Position numbers and translations under genes: made by a program
From: Phallusia mammillata
Lineage: Eukaryota
Direction: 5' to 3'
NCBI GenBank assembly: GCA_965637545.1
Contig: OZ281498.1
Location: forward strand, 2,542,001-2,606,000
Length of the DNA stretch: 64,000 nt
The notes under the pieces: generated by a model
What the model was told of the DNA's origin: nothing
What the model saw: only the letters and a program-made list of their open reading frames with translations
Database searches by the model: none
Shown here: one piece after another, positions 47,666 to 59,138 of the stretch
Numbering within the stretch: position 1 is the stretch's first letter
Layout of the letters: each line of letters begins with the position of its first letter

Positions 47666-50460
47666 CTAGTAGCGGTTTTGGCGAAAGAACGAAGCGCGCT
47701 GAAGAACATCTCTGGAGTAGTTTCCTTGGTAGGTCTGCGCATCGACGTTGTTCGGGTTCGTCACGGCGTTTTGCCCGCAATTGTACGCCGCAATCCCGCC
47801 GTGATACTTCTGCTGGGCCGACCATCCCGGGTGCATTTCTGAGACTTTGTCGATCATGTAACGCATAACTCCACAACCTTGGGAAATGTTTTCGGCCGAA
47901 TAAGGACCGCCTCTTATGGTGTGATAGCGGTCGTCCACCTTTAATGGTAAATAACAACAACTTAATAGCGGTCAAAGTGTGGAAAGAAGTATTAGTAGCC
48001 ACCACTGGGCACCGCACTTTGTAAATAAGAAAATCATTGGGTAAAAACAAAACAACTAGGAGTCAACAAAGATGATTTTTGCATCTACATGAAGAGAATC
48101 CAAAAATACGATAAAAAGTTATTTTTGTACTGCACGCAAAAAAATGTTGTCAGGCATATAGGCTATTTGTTGCTCTTTCAACAGTTACCGACGTTTCGAC
48201 GTCCCATAATTGTTGTTTCTGTTACATGAACACATTTAGATTTTTCGCCAACCAAAGTATACGGTCTTACGATCCACTTAATCACAAACCCCATTTCTAA
48301 CCTGCATTACGCCGTAACCGTGCCCATCAAAACCATAACCTCTGCCGTCCAGCGTTCTTCCACCGTTACTCTCACGACTTATGATGGCTGCAATAGAGAA
48401 AGTTAATTTGTTAATTGGTTAGCGACTATTTTGTGGCCTGTACTTTGGAACTGACCCAGGTACATTTTAGCCGGGATATTTCATTGTCCCACATTAGTAA
48501 TGCTCAAACTGGTGCTGCGACACACTAATGCGCCGAGATTTTTTATAATGCTGTGCAACATTAATTTTGCGAATTGGGCAACCTTTATGTTATGTTTTGA
48601 AGTTATAGGACGAAATATAAACATGCATTTCCACGCTGAACATTAATTATGGGTCCCCTTCCCTGAAGGGGACGCATCTTGATTTCACTCTGTTTTTTTC
48701 TGTTTTTTTCTTTTTTCCGCCGAAGTTTGTCCATGCACTTTTGGCATGAAATCTTTGGTGGATTTGGATAAAACTTTCACAGATGGTAGATATAGTTATG
48801 TAGATGTGCCATGTGCTTCGCCTGACTTGATAACCCCAATATTTACCCCGCTAGCCCCCAAAATGTAAAAAGTTTTTGAAAGTTGCTGCGCACCACAAAC
48901 GAAAGATTTCTCTGGTGGAATAGTATAATAAAGACAACATAGTACTTGGTAGTTGTGTTGGTGCATTACTTGAGGACGTTTTTGCACATGCCAATCAGAG
49001 GTGTATTAACAGCCTTATGACGTCAGAAGGGTTAACAAATGTTGCTAATAACACCTCTAGCGGTCTAAATTTTAAACTTTGTCCGATTTGGATAAAATTT
49101 AACATGACTTTTTATTGGATCATTGTGGTTTCATATTTTATACTTTTGGGTGTTGAACCCCATCAGTTACCCCACAAACCCCCTAAAATGGGTGAGTTTT
49201 TTAACGGTGTTAAAATTGAATGAATTGTGGTCAACTTGTAGAGTTTGTCATTTATAGGTGTCAATTGTTGTGTTTAACCTTGTAGCCCCCAATATTTACC
49301 CCTCTAGCCCCCCAAAAAGGGTGAATTTTTTAAACAATGTCCGAATTGGATTAAATTTCGACAGTTTATAGAGTGTGCTATTTATAATTGTTGATTGTTA
49401 TTTTTAACCTTGTTGCCCCAGCATTTACCCCGCTAGTCCCCTAAAATGGGTGAATTTTTAAAAAGTGTCGGAATTGACTGGAAATTGGATAGCTTGTACA
49501 ATTTGCCATTTATAGGTGTCAATTGTTTTGTTTAACGCTGTAGCCCCACTATTTACCCCTCTAGCCCCCTAAAAAGGGTGAATTTTTTATACAATGCCTG
49601 AATTGAATGAAATTTTGAAACTTCTAGAGTGTGCTATTTGTAATTGTCGATTGTTATGTTTCACCCTGCAGCCCTATCATTTACCGCACTAGCCACCGAC
49701 AATCATGAGCAATTCGCCATTGGGAGCTGATTGTTGTGTTTTAACCCATTTTCTTACTATTTCATATTTTTTCTCAGATATACCATATAATAGAAAAACC
49801 GTCAAAAATGTATGAATGGAATGAATTTGAATAGTTTGTACTCCATATAGCACATTTATTGATGCACAGGTCCGATCACTGGGTTTGACGTTACAATACC
49901 AAACCTTCTCATAGTTATCTCTTGAAATGCATTGTTTACAACTTTGCATGTGTGGGGACCCATGAGTTTCTGCTTGCAGAAACAACTAAGGTTAAAAAAG
50001 CCGGTGGCCAATATGGGACCCAATATAAAATAAGCATAGGTAATATATTATTGTTTTAAAATAGGTTATAATGTATATGCAATGGCAATATGTGCTAAGC
50101 CACCCTTCTAGTTAATTTCGCTTACTCAAATTTATGGCATTACAATTGCACTAAAACAATCAACAAGCCGGAAATAGCTGCGCAAAGTCGAAAGGTTATA
50201 AAGTACAAAATACTGCAGATTACAATTGATGGATACCGTTTTGTAAAGGCATACAACTTTGATTTTTTTTTGCGTTTTGTGCCTGAAAGTTGGCGACAAA
50301 AAGTCAGCTTTCCGCTAGCCCGAAAAGTTAGAGAACCACTAGTCACATGCTTACCAGCGACAAGAGATGGCTCCAGATTGTTTTGCCGAGCTGAAGAAAC
50401 GATGTTGCTTTTGTATTTGGCCATGGCTGCCAAGTCTCCTTGAAGATCAGAGTGAGACAT
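47666..50460 (-). CDS. LYG: Goose-type (g-type) lysozyme, copy B, 154 aa, no signal peptide
   Basis: Exons 50460-50355, 48387-48302, 47938-47666 with the same exon lengths as copy A; AIISRES, GYGVMQVD, GGIAAYNCG, GNYSRDVLQRA. Confidence 0.93.
48647..49987 (+). mobile_element. Helentron-associated non-autonomous element (HINE/DINE-like) with internal 128-bp tandem array, in lysozyme B intron 1
   Basis: 5' subTIR ATGGGTCCCC 48649-48658 with adjacent inverted copy (to 48677), CTGTTTTTTT microsatellite, 128-129 bp repeats, 3' subTIR GGGGACCCAT 49954-49963 followed by hairpin GTTTCTGC-TT-GCAGAAAC 49966-49983. Confidence 0.85.
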
Positions 50461-53400
50461 AATGCTTTGCTTTCGTTACTGTTACTACCTGAAACTATAA
50501 TGAGGCGTCAATTTGAAAGGTGTAAGCTTTGGTGTTTGTCATTTGTTTACCCAATCTTCAAGTCGTATACAGTAAATACATTTGTTTATCTAACAAGCGT
50601 TTTTAACCGGATGCCAACAGTTGCACGAAACTTTACTTTGTGAAAAGTTTTAATCAGATAAGCACGCCGTTGGAAAAAAAACAGTCTAACTTCCTGTAGG
50701 TCAAGCAATGCAGCAAAATTTATTTCGATTCAGCTGTTGATATCGCAAGTTTATCGAACAACTGACGATCATACAAGGGCCACGGGCCCATTTAAATACT
50801 TTCGTAACGCGAAAGAGGAACTAATAATAAAAACCCATAAATTCAATTGAGGTTCAGACACCTCCGCTATATTACTCGGCAAATATTGATAAGGGAAGTA
50901 AAACAAAACTTTCGGGGGCGTACCCTCGAAAGTCAATTATGCTGCAAGAATGTATGGTGCAACATTATGTGGGCGTTGTGCATCATCTATTGAAAGGCAT
51001 GCGGTACTTTTGAAGTTCAAATTTGAAGAGCATGTTGTGAGCACGAGGCTCTCACGTGGTTGAAGTGGAAGTCACGTAAGGCAAAACTAAGTTTTCGCCG
51101 TGTGGTCGATCTTTAAGACAGCGCAACCTAGCATGTGGATACATGTGTTACATGATATTTACCACGACAAGAGTCTATAAATTTTATGCTGCATTAAGTT
51201 TGACTAACCTTATTTAAAAATTATTTGTGTAGAAGCATTTAAGGGCACGCAAATTGTTGTTTTCGACAACATATATAATATCTATCTAAACCACGAGTTT
51301 GCGCCAGTTGACCATATATACTGTAGTGAAAAACACGACGCAGCAAATGTACTGGGCTAAACTCAAAATTTTTTTGTTTCGTCTGAATCAGATTTTCTAA
51401 ACTTCCTTTATGTTGTGTTTGTATCGTTTCTAGCTTTACACGGAGGTTCACAGACCCCTAACATTGCATTAACCTCCAAACTACTTATTGGCATGCTGGA
51501 TTTTTCATTCATCACGACTCGACGAGAATTTAGTTTCGCCATACGTGACTTTGAACTTTGTGTTCAACGCGTACTTGCTGGAATATTTGTAAAGGGCGAC
51601 AAATCTTGTGGTAACCAACATGATGCACAATTTTGTGCTAGACAGCATTCATAACAACGCAATTATGACCAAGTTTCACTGAATTAAGCTGTATTCCCTT
51701 GGAATACCATTCTTCAGTTGGTTTTGTTACGGTAATCACTTGGTTATACATTATGCCCAGTTAAAGAGCAATGTCTAGGAGGGCTTAGAATTCAAATAAA
51801 TTTGTCCCCCTTTTCCTTGATGCCCGATGCACATGTTTATTGTGTATTTATAATCAAGACCTGATAACACGTTACCACGTTCCACATTTGCACTACGCTT
51901 ACAACGTCCTGTTTAAACTGCATCTTACATTAATCTTTCAAGTAAAGTTTTAAAATATAAGTCAAAGTAAAAATAACAAAAAAATACTTCTGAAAAGAGA
52001 TAAAATGAATCAACATTAGATAGCGGCTTGGTCATTTGCCTATTACGCTATTCATTATTTATCATATGGCTGCGAGAGTTTAGTTACGTCACGCCTGTCA
52101 TCACAAGCACCTATTAGTGGTTGCAGAGTAGACTACATCAGTTAGGGGTTTCCAAAGAACATCCTGTGGCGATATTCAAGTCAAGTCAAGTTTTTGTTTG
52201 CATTGTCACTTCATCATCACATTTCAAACGTACTGCGACAGTCTGTTGTGTTGCACACGGCGTGTCAAAGTTTGAAGTCTTTAAAATAGGATGGAATTCA
52301 TGCAAGTGTATTCTGCATAACTTTGCTCATTAAAAAGCACATTAACATGGTTTATTACGTTTCAGACCTTATAAATACGCTCTATGACGCCACAATTTAC
52401 CACGTGCTAGTGTGTTATAAACCTTTTTGTACAAGGTTGCAAACTTGCATATTTACACACGATGATATCGGGTAACGTGGATCCTAATATCTGTAGCATG
52501 GGCCTCAGTACAAAGCACGCCAACTCAATTGACACTCAATTCGTGGTCATGTCCAGGAAGCGAAGTATCAGTCGAACAAACACGAATGGCCCAAAAGCGT
52601 TTGCGTTTCCATGTCCTAGAACTTGTCCAAGTGTATTGAAAAGCGGGAAAGATTGCCGGTTTTAGTCGTCATTTGCAAAATGTGCTGATGTACACAACAC
52701 CGATTGTCTAAGTACAATTACCAACAAATGTATTCTTTACATTTAACCCTATTAGCAGTTTCTTTATTGACCAAGCACGTTTATCATTCCGAGTACATAA
52801 TCGCAACATCCGTAAAACCATCATAAACGCCAACTACAGCATACGATGTGACACTGGATTATCGCTAGCGTGCAAACAAGGTAAACGCCTTTCGACATTA
52901 CTGTTAGCATTCAACCGTGACGTTTCAGTCAGTTGTGCAACAGGTTTGCTGCGTTTGAAAAACGTTGTTGAGCTAATATCCGGACTGTTAGATGTTCAAG
53001 ATGCGGTTACTGTCAGTTGCTTACACAGGGCTGGGTGTATTTTAACGCTTGTGTTACAAAGTTTTAGTTAAGTTAGAGTTGATTTACTGAACAAAAGCTT
53101 GAGTTAAGTAGGTCATAGTTTGTTTACACAATTTAATCGTGATTTTTCTCACAGACTAAATGTGGTTGTTTTCGGTTGCTTACACAAGGTTGGGCATATT
53201 TTCCAATATTCTGTTGGACTTGATTGACTGACTAAAGATTTTAAAAAGTAGGTCCGAGTCTATGTACAGTTTGTACACAACTTAAAGAGTATGGTTTCAA
53301 CCAACAGACTTAAAGCACATGTTGGGCAGCTTCCTTTTTTGTACCTTTGAAACCTACAGGTCTTGAGTCGAGGGCAACTTATTGTATTTGCTTTAGCTTA

Positions 53401-53531
53401 TTTATTTACATGTGTCGTCTCTATAAGTTATTACTATTTAAAGTTTTCGACGCAAATGATTTAAATATCTTGCCCTCTCGCTACCTCAAACCGTAAATAA
53501 CTTACAATAACATTATAAACGTAAACTTGAA

Positions 53532-54847
53532 ATGGATGTGGAAAAGTATCTTGCGAGAATCAAGTACTCTGGGCCGAAGAACGCCAGTCCAAACGCGCTA
53601 GAAGAATTATGTATTTGTCAACTAAACCACGTTCCATTTGACATACTCGACATGTTCGGCGGACCGCGAAAAGTGTTGGACCTGCCGACGATTTACGCCA
53701 ATGTAGTTGATCGGATGAGAGGAGGGTATTGTTACGAGACGAACGCTTTGTTCGGTTGGTTACTGACAAATCTGGGATTCAAGGTGGATCTACTGGCAGG
53801 GCATGTCTGGGCAGAAAAATTTGGCCCAAAATTTGATCACATGGCTTTGATGGTAAGAGCTTTATCTGAGAGACATTGTGTATTTTATTCTACGAAAACA
53901 AGCGTCAATTTCTGAACTTTTATGTGACATCATGCCGTATTACTAGGCAAACTAAGCTGGAGCCGTACTGTATGACTCAGCAAAAATATATTTATGTTTA
54001 ATTGACAGGTCACGTGTGATGACGGTTCGAAATGGCTTGCTGACGTAGGGTTTGGAGCTTCGCAGAGTATTAAGAAGCCTCTGCCGTTTGTGGAAATGCA
54101 GGAAAATTCCCAAATTGATGGATTATTCCGAATTCGACGATGGGAAGGCGGTGACGGCGATGATTATGTTCTAGAACGAAAACAAAAGCAAGTACACAAT
54201 AAAACAGGTGAAAAAGTCGGTTTAACGCCGAGGGCGATGCCTTCAGTGTTTTAGTTTTGTTTGTGGCGCACTTTGCAGTCAAAAACACAAAAATGGTAAA
54301 TTAGTTAGTACTTATCATGATGGGGAGAATTCTTTGGGCAAGTTCGTTCGTCTTGGCTGGGGTTTTAACACTATTACACCATAACAAGTTAAAACTGGTA
54401 CACTTGCCGACTACTAGTCTAGTTATTGTGCTCTATTAGATCATTTTGTTAGAAATTTTTGATTAAATTTGTTGGTTAAAGTTGTTGGTGCTTGTAGACA
54501 GCAACTTATACCGTGAGAAGCTCGTCAGCGACCCCCAGTGGAATGTAGCTTATCGGTTTGATACAAAACCGAGACGTATGGATGATTTCAAGTCAATGAA
54601 CGAATTCCAACAAGACGACCCTGACGGATTTCTTAGCAACAACACACTTTGTAACAGGAAAATTGATAACGGCGACGTGGCGCTCTGGGGTTGGGTGGTT
54701 CGTACGAAGCGATACGTGGATCCTTATACTGAGGAGATAACTAACATAGAAGTGGCGAAAACTGACAAAGAACTAAAAGATCTTTTGTTGAAATACTTCG
54801 ATGTAAAAGTGGACTACGAAATTTCTGTTCAAAACCGACATTTTTAA
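53532..54847 (+). CDS. NAT: Arylamine N-acetyltransferase, copy 1, 289 aa
   Basis: Exons 53532-53852, 54009-54207, 54498-54847; catalytic triad motifs RGGYCYE, FDHM, LADVGFG; N-terminal MDVEKYLARI and VPFDILD. Confidence 0.92.
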
Positions 54848-55906
54848 CCTACATATAAAACTAAATATAATTCAAGTCCATATACGCTATTGCTGCCAGG
54901 CATAATATCAAATTTATAGAGCTCCTCTGGCAACAGTATTTTTATTCCGACGTTTTCATTCGTTATCGCGCAGTTTTTTCTTTGCGTTGTGACGTGCTTG
55001 CGTTTAATTCTTTTTTATCGTGTACTGTTCTAGTCGCATCCAGTGATATTTACCCTGATAAAGGCGGCGCCGAAACATCGGAATCAAAATGCAGTTGCCA
55101 GAAGAGCTCTGATTCGTTTTCGGGAAGCCCGTTTAGGCCCGAAAGTTTGATTATACATTGAAGCCTCGGGAAAGACCAAGACAACAAACACAATGGACAG
55201 CAATAGACAATTTGTCTCGGACAAGGCGTTTTAGGGCTCTTTGGCATTAGGTCAGGTCCAGCAACTAGCTACTTAGCTATTTAAATTCATTCAAAAATAA
55301 TACTGACACAGCAGAGTTTAAAGTCAGGCCCGTTTTTGGAAGAAACCAGAACCCGGCCTAAAAAGCCCAGCCGGGTTTACTACTCTGATTTGCGGCCTTC
55401 GTTTGCATATCAAAGTTTAACTTTCCAATATTGTTTGTTTAAACGTTTGCACGGTGTAACATTTTTGAAACCTAACCAGCTTTGCACAAATGCACACATT
55501 AAGCAAACATAGGTAAATATTTGTCTAGTGGACTGCAGTACTTGAAAACCTCCTGAAAGTAACTCAGTAATTGGCTTGCAAACTGCACACGTTATGCCAA
55601 TCTGTTGTGAGAATAGTTTGTAGTAAATTAGATATTAAAAGTTGTAAGAGCTTAAAAAGTGCAATGTTTATCGTAAAGACCTTCATGACGTAGCAAATTT
55701 GTGAAAAAAGTTCATTACACCATGAGTCAGCAAATTAGTTTTATTGGATAAAAGAAGTATAGGCATGTTGATGCAATTTAGGTGGAGAACAAAATACGAA
55801 AGCAAAATACTGGTAAAGTTAGCGCAGATCATATAACACAATCAAAGACCAGTTTTAACAAAACGTTTTATTGTGTCGGTTACTGTGCAGCATATAAGTT
55901 TTAAGC

Positions 55907-58479
55907 ATGGATGTGGATCAGTATTTGAAACGTTTGAAGTACAACGGACCAAAGGACAACAAAGCTTCAACTTTGCGTGAAATATGTTTGTGTCATGCTC
56001 GTAATGTTCCATTTGAGATTCTCGATATGTTTGGGGGTCCAAGAAAGCGACTCGATTTGGAGAAAGTCTACCGAGATATTGTTGTCAATAATAGAGGAGG
56101 ATTTTGTTACGAGATCAATGGGTTGATGCGCTGGTTGTTGTTACAATTTGGTTTCGAGGTTGTAATATTTCAGAGTCAAGCTTATGTTGTGGGTACAAAG
56201 TCGTTGTACCCTGAGTTTGATCACATGACCATGCTGGTGAGTTGTTGGCCATCAGCAAGTGTGCAAGTATCATTAAAAGGTCGACGTTGCCTTGCGCAAC
56301 ATACTTAATGCCTTAATTACCGTGGTGCTGCGGTTTCTAACCTGTTGGTCGCAAATCCAACTTGGGTCACCTGACAATTTGCCTGGGGTCGCCTAAGGCA
56401 GTGGTTCCTAACTCGTTTTAGGACATGGACCACTAGACCCAATACAATAAACTCATGGACCACTTCACTGTTGAGAAAAAATACAGTTGATGTTAATGTA
56501 TAGCCTACTATAATTATATCCTTGGGGTCACCGCAACTTAGCAAAGGTTATCAAAGGGTCATGGCACCAGAAAGTTTTGAAACCGCTGCCGTAGTGGCTC
56601 CCAACCAGGGAGGAATTTTAATAGTTGAGGGGAGGAATTAACTTTTTTATGTGCTTTGTTAACATACACTTAAGGTTTAGTAATATAACCTGTGAAGTTG
56701 GAAAATACCCAATTTAAAATGCTTTGTGTGGTTTAGCATTTTCTATGTAGTGTACCGGGAAGAAATAAAAATGTTTTAAATTGATAAGGGGTTCGTCGAA
56801 AATGGTTGGCAATCAACGCTTCAGCGGAAGAGACCACAAGTAGTATGCATTCTTCCCTCTTTTAAATTTAAATGACAAAACTGGCAAGTTTAGAAATCAT
56901 CAAAGTATATTAACTTTGTATTCTTCTGATAAACTGCGTTGTTCATTCCGTTTTTGACGAGTTGAGTTTTAAAGCAAGATAATTAAACTGTATGAACAGA
57001 ACTACTCTGCGAGTTGCCTTGCGTTTTAACTCGGAGTATACGAGTTGCGAAAATGAACCAACAAGTCAAAAACTAATTTCCTAAATGGTTTGCACCTTTC
57101 GAAACGCAGGTCACGTGTGCTGACGGCTCGCGCTGGTTGGCTGACGTGGGTTGGGGAGGAAGTAGTTTTAAAGAACCTCTAAAGTTCGAAGTCATGCTTG
57201 AGCAATCACAGCCCAACGGAACGTACAGACTGGTTCAGTTGAGCGCGGATGAATATGTGGTGGAAAAGCGCGGAAAATGTCACATAAAGTTTACGCCAGG
57301 CAAGTTGTATTGTTTAATGTAACCACTGAAGAATAAGTCGACACAATCTGATAAGGAACGTATTTTATTATTTTAACAAACACATGACAACAGAGTTGAA
57401 CTTAACTTTCATCGACACAAGAATATCTTGTTGTTTTGAACTTTACCAACTTTAAAATTTATGTTTAAACCCGAATGAACTAACTTTTCACACAAACAAC
57501 TTCAAGCCGTCGTCTCTGTTCCGTGTTTTATTACCTAAAAATGTCTACAAATAATACCAAGGGTGTTAATACGACTGACCGTATTTACTCGATTGTAAGT
57601 CGCATGTTGAGGTGTTAAAAAAATAATGTATGCCGCCCTCGATTTTAAGCCGCAAGCTGGAATTTTTGATACTATTGTTTGGTAATAGATCTTTATTGTT
57701 TGTAATAGATGTTGTTACATAGTATAACTATTTGCTCATATCTGTTAGTTACGTTAATAACTGTAGCCAACAAAACGTATATCGACGTATAATCTGTACA
57801 TGCATACATGTTTTGAACCCCAAATAAATTAAAAATTTGTAGTGTAAAAAATAGTATCGGTATAAAATTAAAATGTAAGCCGCCTTCGATTGTAAGCCGC
57901 CCCCGATTATAAGCCGCACAAACGGCAGCTAAAAAACAATACAAGCCGCGGCTTGCAATGGAGTAGGTACGGTATAAGTTTGCTGGTGTGTTTTAATTTG
58001 CGACATCTCACATTAGCTTGATTCTGTTATGGAGTCATTCTCACCAGCATCTTTTTTGAATTTTTACAAACTTTACCATTTATCTTGAAACCAAAACCAT
58101 TTTTTCTGTCTGCTATTCAGACGGCGATAAAGTAAGAGACGAGAAGAATTACCGCCGGTGGGTGTCTCTGTACAAATTCGACACTATTCCTCGTCAGTGG
58201 AGCGACTTTGATGAAATGTGCAGCTATCAGCAAGACAGCGACAAGAGTTTTCTCAAATACAACACGCTCATATGCAGGGAGACTGAGACAGGCGACTTGA
58301 CTTGGTGGGGTTGGAGGTTGCGAGAGAGACGCTACATAGACCCGGATGCTGAGGAGACTGTGATGATCCGGACTGCCAGCAATCAAAAAGAACTTCGAGA
58401 AATGATGAAAGAATATTTTGGCATTGAGATTGATTTTCATGTCAATGTTCAACTTCGGGATTTTAAAAACTTTCAGTAA
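55907..58479 (+). CDS. NAT: Arylamine N-acetyltransferase, copy 2, 292 aa (intron 2 GC-AG)
   Basis: Exons 55907-56236, 57110-57299, 58121-58479 (879 nt); RGGFCYE, FDHM, LADVGWG. Confidence 0.9.
56328..56588. mobile_element. hAT MITE (composite) in NAT copy 2 intron 1
   Basis: Degenerate TIRs CTGCGGTTTCTAAC / GTTTTGAAACCGCTG; TSD CCGTGGTG / CCGTAGTG (7/8); a further internal CAGTGGTTCCTAAC end at 56399. Confidence 0.65.
57579..57972. mobile_element. Tc1/mariner (pogo-like) MITE in NAT copy 2 intron 2
   Basis: Ends CCGTATTTACTCGATTGTAAGTCGCA / GCGGCTTGCAATGGAGTAGGTACGG-TA with repeated TAAGCCGC subterminal motifs; absent from the equivalent intron of copy 3. Confidence 0.75.
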
Positions 58480-59138
58480 CTTACTGTTTTGTCTCCTGTA
58501 GCAATTAGAGAAAAGCAAAGTATTTCAAGTTCCTAGACTGATTTCAACGATGGCTGCAATGATGATGTCACAACTGATGAGACTTTATTTGCCACGTTTG
58601 TTTGCTGATCAAACTTTAACTTTTAAATATTGTTTGTTTAAACGCTTGCACGGTGTTGTGCAACAGTGTTACATTGCTGACACATAGCAGCATTGTATAA
58701 ATACACTTTTGAAGCAAACCTAGGTTCATATTTTTCTGGTTGGCTTGTGGCAGAACTTTGAAACCTACTAAAAGCAATTCGAAATATTGTTAGTGATTAG
58801 AGGTTCTGTAAAACTGTACCGGGCAAGTGATAAGCTTACAAACTGTAAACTTTATGCAATGATAAAGTGAGAAGAGATTTTGGATACCCGAATGTTAAAG
58901 TTTAGAACATGAGAGCTTTTTTAATGGAATGATTATCGTAATAACTTTGCACCAAGTTGAGTGAGCACATGCGTTATGTTGAATATGTTTGAATACTGCA
59001 AGAATAATATATTGAAGAGATTTAGGAAGAAAATAAACTTTGGCAGCAAAATACTGGCGAAGTCAATGTACCAAAGACAGGATCAAACAAAAACGTTTGT
59101 GTTTGTTACTCCACAGTCTAGGAAGTTAGATTTTAGGC

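Noticed and set aside
49160-49700. CRISPR-like array
   Set aside because: Units are contiguous 128-bp tandem repeats without unique spacers, inside a eukaryotic HINE; no cas genes.
52460-52650. Frame with a signal-peptide-like stretch (VTWILISVAWASVQSTPT)
   Set aside because: No in-frame ATG or clear splice partner and no recognisable domain.
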